In this document: one piece after another, positions 1 through 14,200 of the stretch | Position numbering within the stretch: the first letter of the stretch is position 1 | Layout of the letters: every line of letters starts with the position of its first letter | NCBI RefSeq assembly: GCF_001194135.2 | Contig: NC_069008.1 | Location: 18,405,390 to 18,469,389 of the forward strand | DNA: 64,000 nucleotides | Source of the DNA: Octopus bimaculoides | Taxonomy: Eukaryota | Direction of reading: 5' to 3' | Position numbers and translations under genes: made by a program | The notes under the pieces: generated by a model | Database searches by the model: none | What the model saw: the letters and a program-made list of their open reading frames with translations, nothing else | What the model was told of the DNA's origin: nothing

Positions 1-345
1 CCCCCCCCCCGCCTCCATTGGTGCTATTTTCCTCACTCCTCCTCCATTTGTTTTTCAAGTGGCACCTAAAAACTTCAATGAAGGCCTCCACCAAAGAGGA
101 AAGTCTTTGCTTCATACCTTTCAATCTCATCAACTTCACAACCTCTTTTGATATAACCACCAGACAGAGGATAACTGTCTTCCCAGCCCCATTTAAAGGG
201 AGGTAACAGGGCAATCATTATGATTGACCTGGCTTATAACCAGATCTGTACCACATGTGACAGCAGCTATTCAACATAACTCCATGAGTCAGTAAAGCCA
301 GAACACTGAATGAGTGAATGCATGGTTTCATTGTTCAGCACCCAC

Positions 346-429
346 CTCACTTGTGTACCTGTAGAGTTTATCCCAATCTGCTAGCATCTCACTTGTGTAC
401 CTGTAGAGTTTATCCCAATCTATTAGCAT
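346..429. repeat. 42-bp tandem duplication
   Basis: CTCACTTGTGTACCTGTAGAGTTTATCCCAATCT(GC/AT)TAGCAT x2. Confidence 0.9.
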
Positions 430-1844
430 CCATTTGTAGTATAAGCAGGTCAAAGAATCCTGGAAGATATCCATGGAAGTCCCCAATCCAAAAGAACTCC
501 GTCACTTTTTTTCCAACCACTAAACCCCTTACAGATTGCTAAACTGGAACATCCACTGAACCGTTGCCTGACTGGTGGAGGGTGGTGAGCACCTACCCCT
601 ATTCTAGATGCCAGGTGTCCAATCCTAGTCTTTGCTTCACCCTGGACTGCAGCTCTGTCAGAAAATCAGGCTCCACAAATGGTGACCACACCTGTCCACC
701 ATGAAAGAATCTTAGCAGTTGGAGAAGTCTCAGGATGTGTCTACATGTTAGTAATCAGGACTTACCTGACCTACAACACAAAGGATACTGGCAGAAGATG
801 GAGCATCTGACCAATGGAATGTGTCCCTTCTACCAAAAGTTGAATAGAAGATGTTTCAAATTGATCAGCTGGTAACTGGAATATGGCACAAAGGTCAAGT
901 GGTATACAATAATGGAGGCATCTGCCTGACCTTTTACAGAGAGTTTCCCCCAAAGTTCATTTCTAAGAAAGACTGGTTTGTTATATCATCCCAGTTCTAA
1001 TCTATCACAAAGCAAGGACAGAACCAGAGCAGTTTAATTGTTGTTATTGACTTTCTGCAAAGACTCCCATCTTCCAAGAGCTGAGGCAAGCTGTCCATTA
1101 CTGTCTCCAGCCGATCACTTTGCCCTGAACTGTCATTGTCAATAACAATCAGGCAACAATAATAAAAAAAATAATGGATACAAATTCTGGCACAAGTTTA
1201 GAAAGTTTGTGGGAGAGGGCAGGTCAATTAAGTTGACCCCAGTGCTTAGATGGAACTTACTTTATTGACCCCAAAGGGATGAAAGGCAAAGTCAATGCCA
1301 ACAAAATTTGAACTCAGAACATAGACGGACAAAATGCTGCTAAGCATTTTGCCTGGCAGGCTAACAATTCTGTCAGCCTGCCACCTCAGTAGTAGTAGAC
1401 ACCCATGCTGGTGGCACATAAGCACCTTTTGAGTGTTGGGCCTCACAGAGGTAATGACAAATGACCAAGACCTTCGGCAACTTGCTGTGCTTGAGAAAAA
1501 GACCCATCAAGCCAAGCGAAATCGTAGTTGTGGCAGATACCAGTGTCATGCAGCTGGCACCTGAGCCAATGGCACATAAAAGCATTATGCACTTGGAGTG
1601 GTTGGCGTTAAGAAGGATGCCAAATCAGACTGGAGTCTGGTACAGCCTTCCAGCTTACCAGCCCTGGTCAAACCATCCCACCCATGCCAGCATGGACAAT
1701 GGACGTTAAATGATGATGACGAATAACAACAGTAGTAGTAGTAATTTCTGATTCTGTCAAAAGTGACAAGTGGTGATGGAGTTGGTGTGTGGTGGTGGTA
1801 GTTGTAGTAAATTTTAAAAAAAACTATTTTGAGCAAAATCTTAC

Positions 1845-1910
1845 CAGAATCTCCATGAGTAAGGAAAATATGTTGCGCACTTCGTTACAGGGAGCTGTTT
1901 GGTACTGGAC
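1845..1910 (-). CDS. USP24: USP24 exon 54 (66 nt; last exon found in window)
   Basis: TAG|..|GTAAG; [22 protein letters not shown]. Confidence 0.92.
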
Positions 1911-4900
1911 CTATGGGATACACACAGACAGACATTTAGTGGTGGTGATGGTGACAAAAAGTGTGTAGTGAGAAAAGAAATATGAAGAGGAGGTGGTTTG
2001 TACTTACCATCAAGCACTCGAGGACTGTCATACTGAAAGTGCTGTTGCAGAAACTACAGGCCAATAGCATATCGGTGACGGAGTCTAGATTTGAACTGAC
2101 TTCACGTACGGCATACACCACCTTGGCAGAATGAAAGAGAACAATTAAGGGTGTGAATATGTTGAGACTGACACAGTGGTCTGGAAGACATACAAAATAA
2201 TGTAGAACTTGGTGGTTAGGGATTAAATAATACGACGATGATTAGGACAACATGGTGGTAAGATATGATGGTATGAAAGAAATTTTGCAGTGGTATAGCA
2301 ATGGTATAAGAGTGGGATGGCAGTAGCATGACAGTGGGGTGGCAGTAGAATGACAGTGGGATGGAAGTAGTATAAACAGTACTCACCTCGTTGATGTAAC
2401 GGTAGGATCCTGCACCAAAGACGAAGTAAAACATGTCATCAGACATTTTAAGGTACAACTGTGGAGAAACAGTTTGTGGGGTGTAGACTTTGAAGGGATC
2501 AGGTTCTGTGAAAGAGATATGAGAGGATAATTATAGCAGCAACATGGCCATCGCTACAACAGGGCATCGACCAATATACAACAATATCAATCTGGGGTAC
2601 ATGCACCCACATCATAGTGTGTGTACATAATAGGAGTAAAGACATAGCTAAATGGTTAACAAGTTCAGATCACAACCAGCAGTTGCTGAGTTCAGTCTGA
2701 GCCCATGATATCTTGGACAAGTACCTTTACCATAGCCTTGGATCAACATAACAAACTCTGTAAGTGAAATTAAGCAGAAAGAAAGTGTGTAGAATTCCAT
2801 CTACAAGTCAGAAGTCCCCACTTGTCACACACACTTGAGAATTAGATTAAAGGTCCACTTGACAGAGGAATACACAACTACATGCTAATTCAAGGACTAA
2901 TTCTTCCAGTTGATCTAACAATGAGAAGCTTCTACATCAGAACTGAACATTGGATACAACAGAGATTAAATAACGCAATAGTGTCGCCTACCGTCAGTTC
3001 TGTAGCTGGAGACATCACAGTTCAAGATTAAAGTAGCAAGGGTCGTCTGCAGGTGGCCAAAATCTCGGGCTTGAATTGGTATCCATCGACGAGATGATAA
3101 TTCCTAAAGAAAACAGAGCAATTAGCAAATGGGGTTGGAGGGAAGGTTAGCAGCTGACCAGACGACCAAGTAATAGCTTGATAACAGTGGAGATAAGAGC
3201 CCTTAAACAGGTAAAAGATTTATACACTCATATAATGCAAGGTAGCCATGTATCTCTTCTACGGCAACGAATTTGTTCCTTCCTCTTCTTTTATACTTCT
3301 CAACATAAAGCCAACTCCTGCTCTGCTGCAACTCCATTCAGTTGAGACAGATTTTTCTTTCTCTTGCAAGTTCATTGGTGACCTCAACTGAGCAAGTGTT
3401 ATGAAAAAAAGCACTCAATACACACTGTAAAGTAACTGGCATTTAAAAAGGACATCCAGCCACAGAAACCTTGCCACATAGACATTAGGGCTTGAAGCAG
3501 TCTGTAACTTGTCAGATTCAGTTGAATAATCCAACTGATGTCAGTATGGATGTTCAGCAGTGATGATGATGTCACTGGACTAAGAAATGTTTGGTGGGTC
3601 CTGTTGAACTATCAATAAATGCGAGCAAGAGAAAGCAGAGAAGTATGCTGATGCTGATTGTGTGGGAGAGAGGAAGACTAGAGGTTTTAACCCTTTCAAT
3701 ACCAACCTGGCTGAAACCCCCTCTGGCTCTCTACTGCAAATGTCTTGTTTTCATAAGTTTTGAATTAAAATCTTGCACCAAACCTTAGTCACAATTTATG
3801 TTCCTAACACTAGCTGAATGATAACGAAGTTATTTTACTAAATTCTTTGTTATATTTAAAATTAATTGAAAGAAACACAGAACATCTCAAAAGAAATACG
3901 GTAAAGAAAGGGTGAAAACTTGTTTGGATATGTATTATATATTCAATGATTTGCAATTTTGCTGTTTGGGATGTTGTGTAGTCATCAGGGTATGTTGTAG
4001 TTTATCAGTGGTCTGTTGTTATACAAGTTGATACCTACTTCTTCTTTGTCGACGGTCCCAAGTAGAAAGTTGATCAGATGATTGAAGCCCTTCCGATGGA
4101 ACATGTGGCTGCAGGCCTTGGTACCCTGACAAAATATGAAGGGGAAAAGGATTTCAATTGAGAATATAAAGGAAGAGGGAAGAAAATACAACAAGGTATT
4201 TAGTCTGGAGCTGTAAGGATTCTCCCAGCTCAGAAGAGGAAGAATAAGAATCATTTGTAATTTGGGCAACCAGCCAGCAATTTTCAGGTTTGGTGGGTGT
4301 GCCAATTGATATCGCCTAGCCCCAGTACATGACTGGTATTTTAACAAGCCAACCTTGATACTCAATTTGGGTGTAGTGGTTTCAAAATGATGCAGAGACT
4401 ATTGCAACAATTCTTACCATCTGAACGTAACTTTTGAGAACGAGGAAATATTGAGTGGAGTTTTTGATGTTGTCAGGAAGATCTTTGTTTAGCATGTGGA
4501 GCAGATGACCCACCAACTGGTCAAAGGATTTGTATGTCTGAAAAATAGGACAAAAAAAAAAACAAAAAAAAACAATTAAAACACAATTTCTTATGGAAAT
4601 ACTGCTGTCAATCCCATCCAACAGACACACTTAAGATCAAGGAGGTTTCAGCCATGCCCATCCCAAGTTTTATTAAGACGTAAGTGTATCTAGGACTACA
4701 TTATCTAATGTGTCCTTCCTTGTTGTTGTTGTTTAGCCCCAGTTCAGTCCTGATTTCACTGCAATTTAAACAAGGAGCCACTCACTACAAATGACCATAG
4801 AACTATGTATTTGTTCATCTCCATTGTCTCAGTTCACTGGACTGAGTTACCCCAGCTGGACAGATGTCCTATCCATGGGGATATTAACTCACAAACCAAT

Positions 4901-7900
4901 GTAATATCAAGAGATAGCTATCAAGTTATGATAAATATTGCATCTATAAATATGTCCATATAACTATGCACCCTTCCCTTCACATATTACCCCCATAAAC
5001 CTTACCTCCATTTCACTGTTCACCACTAAACACTGCTCTTTTACCCTCAAATCCATTTATTTTGTTTTATATTAACTTACCATCGCTACATAAATACATA
5101 TTCACTGCTTACTTCAATATCACTTCTTGACAGCTCGCAATGTAACCCTAAATCCAACTAACCTATCATCATATATGTAACTGAAGGGGAGTAACCTTTT
5201 CCCTCCATATCCAGTCAATCATTAGCCCTATGCCCATAGCCCTCCTGCCTCATGTGACCCTTGTTGTGTCCAGCCCCTCAATATCAAGCAATGACCACAT
5301 GAAGAACATAAGACTCACAGCTACAGCACCATGTTGAAAGAAGCTATTCATCATACGTTGGAGGATTTTGGCCAGGGTAAGCCGAACATCTTTGTTTGGA
5401 CATTCCAGCAGAAAGGACCTACAAAAGAAAGAGACAGACCTTACAGTAAGGGTTTAACAAAGTGTAATTTGTGGGCAGTGATGAGGGTTGATAATGGGCA
5501 AAATAGGGAGTTAGTTGAGGGTTTGTTTTAAGTAATAAAGAAATCTGTGATAGTCTGGGTGAAGTACTTGACTGGGTAGGAGATTGATGAATCTAGTCTG
5601 CAGACTGTACCCAATGCCACAGATGCGTCATTGGTAGATGGTCTATAAATTGTAACCAATGCAGCATATGTGTCCACAAACATAATTATTAACCATACTT
5701 TTAATTGGAGAAAGTAGATCATTGAACAGATTTTCAAACTTGGTCTTTTAACGAAGGTCGTTAGTGAAATTAGCTTCAACACAATTAGATTCAGTTTTCT
5801 TGTAGTAAAGACCGTCACAGCCAAATGAAATTGATGTAACACAATTAATGCTCACAATTAACAGTGTTACCAAAATTAACGCTGCCACTTGTTCTATCAT
5901 TTATCACTGAAACAATTTTTTCAAAGTTCTTATTTCCTTTGAATTCTTCCCTTAATCTCAAATTTTTCTCTAATTCCATCAACATTGAACTTCCTTGTCT
6001 AAAATGAGAAACAAAAACCATTTTTCACGAATCTCTTCATGAAAATTCCATCAATAGCAACTCCTTTCACTTCATTTCTTCTACAATTTCATTCTGTTTC
6101 TCCAGAAAGAAGCTCATGTTTTTGGCTGAGCAATTCTTATAATTTCAACAGAGTCAAAAGATCACTTCTTGGATTGGTTTTGTAATTTAGAATTAGTTTT
6201 TTAATGAAATGCATGGAAATTCTGAGAAAATAAAATGCAATCCCAGGAATTTTCCACTGCATTTTTAATCCAATTTCCCAGGAATCGCACAAGAGAAGCC
6301 CTTAATATTTTAGGAGTGTCATAAGGCTGCTGGTGATGGGAGGAGAGCAGTGGTTGTGATTGGTAAGGGTAGGGAGGGAGTAGTATGGCCATGGCTTTTA
6401 AGAGGAGGCAGGGACCGTGAGGTGAGCAAGGGTAGAGGAGTGGAGGTTGGTTGCAGGACTAGGAGGAATAGTGAGAGGTACTTACTTGATGTAGGTGTAA
6501 CCATCGTCTTCTCCAATCATGTCGACCAGGCACAGGCAGGCTTCTTTGCAGCGGGTGACCAACATCTCAATCACAGTGACCCAGTCATCTAACTCAGCCC
6601 TGAACAATGACAACAACAATATTAAACCAAAGTTATGCCTTTCTATGGGAGGGGGGCGGGGGGCAGAGAGATTCAGTCGGATATAAAACTTGATAAATTG
6701 TACAGGCTGTCAATAAATTTAAAATTCATAGACAGAAATAATTACTGGTACACTAGAGATTAGTTAATTACTGGTACATTGGATATAGATAAATTACTGG
6801 GCTCTGTCCCTTCTTTATCAACGCTGGATGTTTTCAGTGAATCAGAAAATAAAAATTACACTTTCTTACTTTGTCTTCAGTTTTGCTCTGAAGTACGAAT
6901 TGATGAGGAATTTCATGGCCAGCTGGAGCGACTGTACACATAACTTACTGTAGTTGGGGTCAGTTTCATGAGCCTGTGGAAAGATGAATGGAGTGGTTTC
7001 GTCAAAAGGGGACAGTACATGGTTACAGAGGGAGAGGAAGAAGTATTTAGTTCCAAACACCAGCAGTCACGGTTCAGTTCTGATTAAAGTCAACATTAAT
7101 CTCCCAGCCCAGGGTTTAATAATTACCAATACTATACAACACACCCTGCCTCTCTTCGGTTGCATGAACTGGTGCCCTGTCATGCCTCAGAGCTAAATCT
7201 TTGGGAGTTCAATCTTATGAAGGTTGTAAAAGTTCATAGGCTGACCAAGATATTCTCATGGAATTTAACCGAATGAGGTTTATTTTTCAACAGTCTCCTT
7301 TGATGTCTCAGGAGAGACCTTTATGAATTTCAAATTAGTACAAAGCCCTGACCTCCTTCAATGCATCTGTTGTAGTGCTCCTGCCACTTTGTGAAGGTCC
7401 CACTGAAGTCCTCAAAAGGAAAGGGATCCAGCACCTTTCTCACAGCCTCCTTCAGCTTGAAGAACAACCAAATGTCACAGGAAGCAAGGTCTGGACTGTA
7501 AAGAGGCTGAGGGACAGGTCTGATGTTATTACAACAACAACAGTACAAACAACAACAACAACAACAACAACAACACCAACTTACTGCATTAACTGCGGCC
7601 AGGTTCTTGATGAAACGGAAATACTCATTGTTGTAAATGTCTCTGTTCTTGACAAAGATTATGTTCTCGGTGCCAATCACCTTCTCAATGCTTGCTGGCA
7701 TCTTCTCTGTGAAAATACCACGTTTTTCCCCTTTGTGGACCAACTCTGTTAACTCGACCAGGCTGTCAGAGTTCAAACTGCGTCTATGGTGGAGAAGATG
7801 AGATGACAATGGGATTATTAGAGAGATGCAAGTGTGGGAACAGGCTTCTTACAGTTGATCTAACACAAGGCTTTGGTCAGCCTCAGGTTAGAACCGAAGA

Positions 7901-8858
7901 CAAATTTATGGAAGTTTATCTGCTGAAAAATCATTATTGCTTACTGTTGAGGTTTCCATAGCAACAAACATTTTGGAAGGTTGTCATCGCAACAACATGA
8001 AGTCTGCACTGTCGTCCTTCTAACATTTCTTTCCTACAGAATAAGCTATTCTGTATATGTCATGCAGGCTGCCCTCCACACACACACAAGGTTTTCAGTT
8101 ATTAAAGTTTGTATTAATTTAAAAAACAAGAATGGAAAGACAAACACTTACCTTGGTTCAAAATGAGAACATTTAGACAGAGAAACTTTGGATTTCTTTG
8201 CAGAAACAGGTGTCTTTGGTTCATCCATTCGTTCATAGAACAACATATAACCATTCCAATAACGGATCCGATCTTCAGGGTAGGTCATGTCTGGAAGCAG
8301 CAGAAGAGACAGACGTTTTATATCTTACAATTGAACATAGAAATGAACTAAATCTCAGCAAATCACCCACATCCTTTCATGTCAGCTGCCCTCGAGTCAG
8401 TCAGTTACTGCTCCTCCTAGATGTGGGGTGGAGGCCCACATCTCTCTTCTACATTCTATTTTTGTGACTACTCACCCTTCTTAATATCAACCACTTTACA
8501 AATTGTCCTAGATACATTCTATCGAGGCACCAACTCTTACTTCTTTCCAAATAAGGTAATATTTTTCCTGTTTCCACAGAATATTGGAATTAAATCATTC
8601 TGCTCGTCTGACAGCATCAATTATTTTACAACTATCAGATGACATTGAGGCAAGGAGATAGTGACACACGGACATGTACACACACACACACACACACACA
8701 TATGCGACAGGCTTCTTTAGCCATATGTACATATATTTATACAGACACATACACACACATATATATTAGATAAATAGATATGTACATATTTATATACACA
8801 CACACACATATGCTAGCATGGAAAGCGGACGTTAAACGATGATGATATATATATTTAT

Positions 8859-8929
<71 letters not shown>

Positions 8930-11159
8930 TATTTTCCTCCTAGACATCTGATAAGACTTTTGTCACAGATATATGGCAATGCTTACTTTGGTCATAAACT
9001 TTTGCTTTGTAAAATCCACCAAAGCATTCAGCTTCAAGGTTGGCATCTGTCATGTGAAACTCTTCTACTGTAATGTCGTTGAATTTGAACCAGCAACCCT
9101 TCTTAGGATTTGTTGAGACTGTTCCTCTGCAACACAAAAAAAAAGGTTCATCAGATCAATAGGAGAATGTCGTGCATGTGTATAAAACACTAAGTCATGT
9201 GTCAATTCTTTGTCGTGCAGGAATAGGGAAAATAGTGGCTGTGCTGAGAGAGGTGGATTATTAAAGTGAGAAGTAAATTCGACAGACAGAGAAATGGTTT
9301 AGCAGACACAGAGAGATATATAGGTAAAGAAGAAAGAATTTTTTTGTTACCACTTAGGAGAGATGGAGGAAGTAGTCCTCAAATCAAAGACTTGGCCGCA
9401 ATACTTTCAACAATGACCCCAGGATTAAGTGAGGAGTTACATCTACTACACAACTCAGAACACAAAGTGAGAGATCAAATACCACAAGGTATTTCTAACA
9501 ATGTTCCAAGAACTCCCTGACCAGGGAATTGTTTAATTTGATTCCTGGAAGGGATGAAAAGTTAATTGATCTAGGTGGGATTTGAACTCAAGAGTTAGAA
9601 GATCCAGAACAAATACCACAAGGTACTTTGTGGTCTGCTCTAATGACTACTAATTAACCACTGGAATCGTTGGAGATAGCTTGTATTGTCTGTTTTTTCT
9701 CTTTGTGTTCTGAGTTGCTTTGTAGTAAACTTGATCCCTCAACTTGTCCTGGGGTCACTTCAGTGTGGAGGGGGGGGGGGGGGGGGTCACCTTGTTAGAA
9801 GCTTTGAGGCCAGGTCTCTGGTTTGAGGATCACACCATACTTCCTCTCCACCCACCCACTCCAGTTTCAGTGGACTCTGAAAATAAAAGGGGTCAAGGGA
9901 GCTGTTTTTCCCTCCCTAAAAAGAAAACGAGAAAGAAGGAATAACAGTAGCAACTGAAGTGGTGGTCATCCCCGGAAACACTGCAACTCACCTGCGGTCT
10001 TTAATAAAGGAGTAGTAGTGGCCAGCATTAGCTTGACCACTATGGACGACAATGCCAACAAGTTCATAATGTATTCGGTTTGGTATGACTTGGTTTGTTG
10101 AGGTGACTGGATCCACATACTGACCATCTGCCGAGTCTTCCTGACATGACGACCCCAACGTTGATTTCTCGCTAGTTTCCTCATCAGAATAATTGTGAAG
10201 GCTTTCACTTTCTCGCCATGCCATCCCTTCAGCTGTATAAGGCTCCATGTCGAGGACCCAGGGAAACTACAAAGAATCATTAAAAAAAAAAAGGGTCAAA
10301 GTCTACCACCAAAGTTTTATGATTTGTTGCTAGGGGTTCCACAACAGATTCCTGGTAGTTCTGTGAGAAGTCACTTGTAGTTCTGCAAGGGCTCATTAGA
10401 TTTTCCATGGAAGATTGCTAGTAATTCTACAGGAAATTATAATGGATCCCTTGAGGAGCTCTACAAGAGTTTGCTAAGGGTTTTGTGACACTTCAAAAAG
10501 GACTTTTGTGACAGGTTGCTAGGTCCCGCACAGGTCACTAGGCATTCAACAAGAAATAATGAGAAATACACTAATTCTATATCAATATAGTTTTGTATTT
10601 AATTATATGTTTGTAATTAACTGTCCAAATACTTTCACATTTTAACCCTTTATTTCTCAACATAAAGCTGTCTCCCCCAATTTTATTCCCTGGCAACAGA
10701 CCACGCTTGAATGTTGTTTTTCATGTGCCACCAGCACGTGCTGGTAAGGCGACACTGGCAACAATCACGCATATAAAATATACATATAGATATATATACA
10801 TCCAATTAAACCTTGGGAGAGGCATTATGCCTCTCCCAAGGTTTAATTGGATTTCTTTCAACACACGTATCCACATCAAGAATCTTGCACACGAAATACA
10901 CATACGAAATATATATACATCGATATATATAAATGTGCTACATATATATTCTTTTGTTCTTTTTACTTGTTTCAGGCATTTAACTGTGGCCATGCTGGAG
11001 CACCGCCTTTAATCGAACAAATCGACCCCAGGACTTAACTTTTGTAAGCCTAGTACTTATTCTATCAGTCTCTATTGCCGAACCACTAAGTTACGGGGAC
11101 ATATACACACTAACATTGGTTGTCAAGCGATGATGGGGAGACACACACACACATATATA

Positions 11160-11233
<74 letters not shown>

Positions 11234-14200
11234 ATGGGCTTCTTTCAGTTTCCATCTACCAAATCCACTCACAAGACTTTGGTCTGCCTGAAATTATAGA
11301 AAACACTTGCCCAAGGTACCATTCAGTGAGATTGAACCAGGAACCATGCGGTTGGGAAGCAAGTTTCTTACCAGACAGCCACTCCTATGCCTATATGTAT
11401 ATACACACACAGTGTGTGACAGACAACTAGAGCCACATATAGATATATACACACACATAATAAACATTACCTACCTTGAAATAGTCATCAAACTTCAATG
11501 CTTTCTGCGCCTCCCAGTCATAACCAAACCTCTTCAACTGGATGCACAACAATGGTGGCAGTGTTTTGATACACATACGTTTGATGGTGTTCCTCTGAAG
11601 TGGACAATATACAACACAATCAATAGATTGTGGGTTCAATTCTTACAAATGTAACAATACTAAAATACCAGCAGGACATTTATGAAAGACAGGGCGAGAG
11701 TGCTAAGCAGTGACACATTGAAATACAAACCAGGCATATTCGAAGCCATAAAAAAAGCCATTCTCTATCGTTTGTAAAACACTGAGTCAGCTGAGAGCAG
11801 CAGTGGCCGATCCAGGCTGTGGGGGACACATGCATTTCAGAGTGGGGTTATCTTCTTTGAAGTCTCTGTGGTTGAAGAGGAGATGACTACTTCAAACAGC
11901 ATGTATCCCACAACCTGGTCAGGTGATGTTGGGAGTAGATTCAGTATATTTACACCTGTCTTCAATGAAAAAATTTTCTCCATGACAATCCACAGTGAAT
12001 GAGCTTCTTGCATCAAACATATTCAAACTGGTAACAAGTTTGTATTCAGAAAACAAAATGCATTTCATAGAATGTTTAGGAGTTCAAAATCAATCACACA
12101 CCCACCTTACAACAAGATACATTTGACTGAGTTACCACTTTGTGAGGGAAGGACAGAGCCAGGGACCACAGTGGCAGTTAGGAAGGAGCAAATATGGAAA
12201 GGTATTTTTGCCAGATGTCAGATAATTGCAGGATGGAAGGGGGGGGGGGGTAAGAACAAGGAGAGAGAGAAAGAGAGAAAAAGAGAGAGACAGAAAAAGA
12301 GAGAGGGAAAGAGAGAGAGAGTGTGTGTGTGTGTGTGCATGAAATACTGAAAGCCCTCAAAACAGTGGGAAAAAGATGTGAGATAAATTTACCTTTTCTT
12401 GACATTTTTCACAAAAGTAAGCATTGTCTCCTTCCAGAAGTTCCCCTTTCACAAACTGGTCCAGAGAATCTTGTAAAGTGGCATTTTTGACTGTCAAATT
12501 CAGGGCAAAGAAAGCTTCTTCTCGTTCATAGCTTCAATAAAAATAAAGAAAACTGGAAATATTGTTTCAAGCAACAAATTAAACAAAGAAGGTTCTTGAA
12601 GAACTCAATACAGGGCTGTGTATGTGTTCAGTGGGTTACATCAACCCCAGTGCATAACTGGTATTCATTTTATCGACCCCGAAAGGATGAAAGACAAAGT
12701 CTACCCTGGCAGCATTTGAACTCAGAATGTAAAGTCAGAAGAAAGGTCGCTAAGCATTTTGCCTGGCACCCTAAACCCTAATTCTGCCAACTCACTGCCC
12801 TACTTTTCATATTAAACCTTTGAAAACCTGTGAAAAGCCTTTAGCAGGTGTGACTCCGTTTCTCTATCCCTGTTCTTACCAGATGCAAAAGCGGGGGCCC
12901 ACCATTTACGGCTGAAAATAACAGTGTTTCTGCCAATTATTAATTATCTTCATTTAACGCTCATGTTCCATGCTAGTATGGGTTGGACAGTTTGTCAGGA
13001 TCCAATGGGTTCAAGGACTGGATTGGGCTTCAGCTTCTGCTGTGACAGGGTTTCTATGGCTGGATACCCTTCCTAATGCCAAACACTTCAAAGAGTGGAC
13101 TGGCTGCTTTATTTCATGGCACCAGCACCAGTGACTTTATAGCTCAGAAGACTGCGAGCCACAAGCGACAGTGTGGTTCGCTTTATTCTAGGGGATGTGT
13201 GTGTGTGCTTGTGTGTGTGTGTGATCAACTCCCCCCATTCACTGCTGGCACCCCTGCCCTACTTGTTCCTACCTACCCCATACATTAAAGGCCCTCTCTG
13301 ACACCCCCATAGTAATTTCTAGTTCTGTCTCAAACCTTCCCTTCTAAAATGTGAGGTGCCATGCAGCTCCTCTTCAGCATGTGGCCTCTCCTGTGCCAGC
13401 CCTTTTCTCTCTGCTCCTTATTCTCTCCTAGTATAATGAAGTTCCTCCTCGACACATGAAGTTTACAATGTTGCAAGTTGCTAGGCAACCTCACAAAAAA
13501 AAAAAAAAGCACTCAATACATTTTGTAAAGTGAATGGCATTTGGAAAGGCATCCAACCATAGAAACTAAAAGAAAGTTGACATTGGAACATGAAGCAGTC
13601 CTCTGAACTGCTGGATCCTATCAAACTGTCCAACCATGCCAGGCCAGCATGGAAAATGGATGTTCAATGATGATAAAGACGATGGGCTTTTTTCTATCAT
13701 GGATGGACATCTTTACGCAGGAGACTGCAAAAAACACACCACTAACACACACAGAGCATGGGTTTGTTTTCAGATTTCATACTCCAAGAGTTTGGTTGGC
13801 CAAGAACTCAAGTAAAATATACTTGCTCAAGGTACCACATGGTGGTACTGAACCCAAAACCACGTGGTCAGGAAGCAAATTTCTTAACCAGGCAGCCACA
13901 CTTGCACTTCATCATTGATTATTATTTCAAGTCACTTGCCAAACAAGTTCACAAAGTGTTTTACACACACACACACACACACATGGAAGACTCTCCTACT
14001 GTCGACAACAGATGAGGGGTTTCTGCAATTTTTCTACTGAACAACCTCCACAGATGATTTGTTTCTAGCAATCAAATGCTTCTGCTGCACGTTAGCTCAT
14101 TCTTCCCTGCATCTAATCAGTGATTGCATAGCGAAATGAAATGAACCCATTAGACTGCTTGATCCAGCAATTGAAACTACGGTCTTACAATCACACACCT

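Noticed and set aside
766-953. Possible further USP24 exon ending at a GTAAG donor near 765
   Set aside because: The open frame has no resemblance to the expected next USP24 segment and meets a stop before the donor; the next exon probably lies left of the window.
2387-2458. Shorter version of exon 52 using the CAG at 2459-2461
   Set aside because: It gives a phase-0 start, incompatible with the phase-1 end of exon 51; the acceptor at 2505 restores the frame.
11780-12030. Possible Tc1/mariner remnant (LPTSPD-like on the minus strand)
   Set aside because: Too degenerate to support without a profile search.
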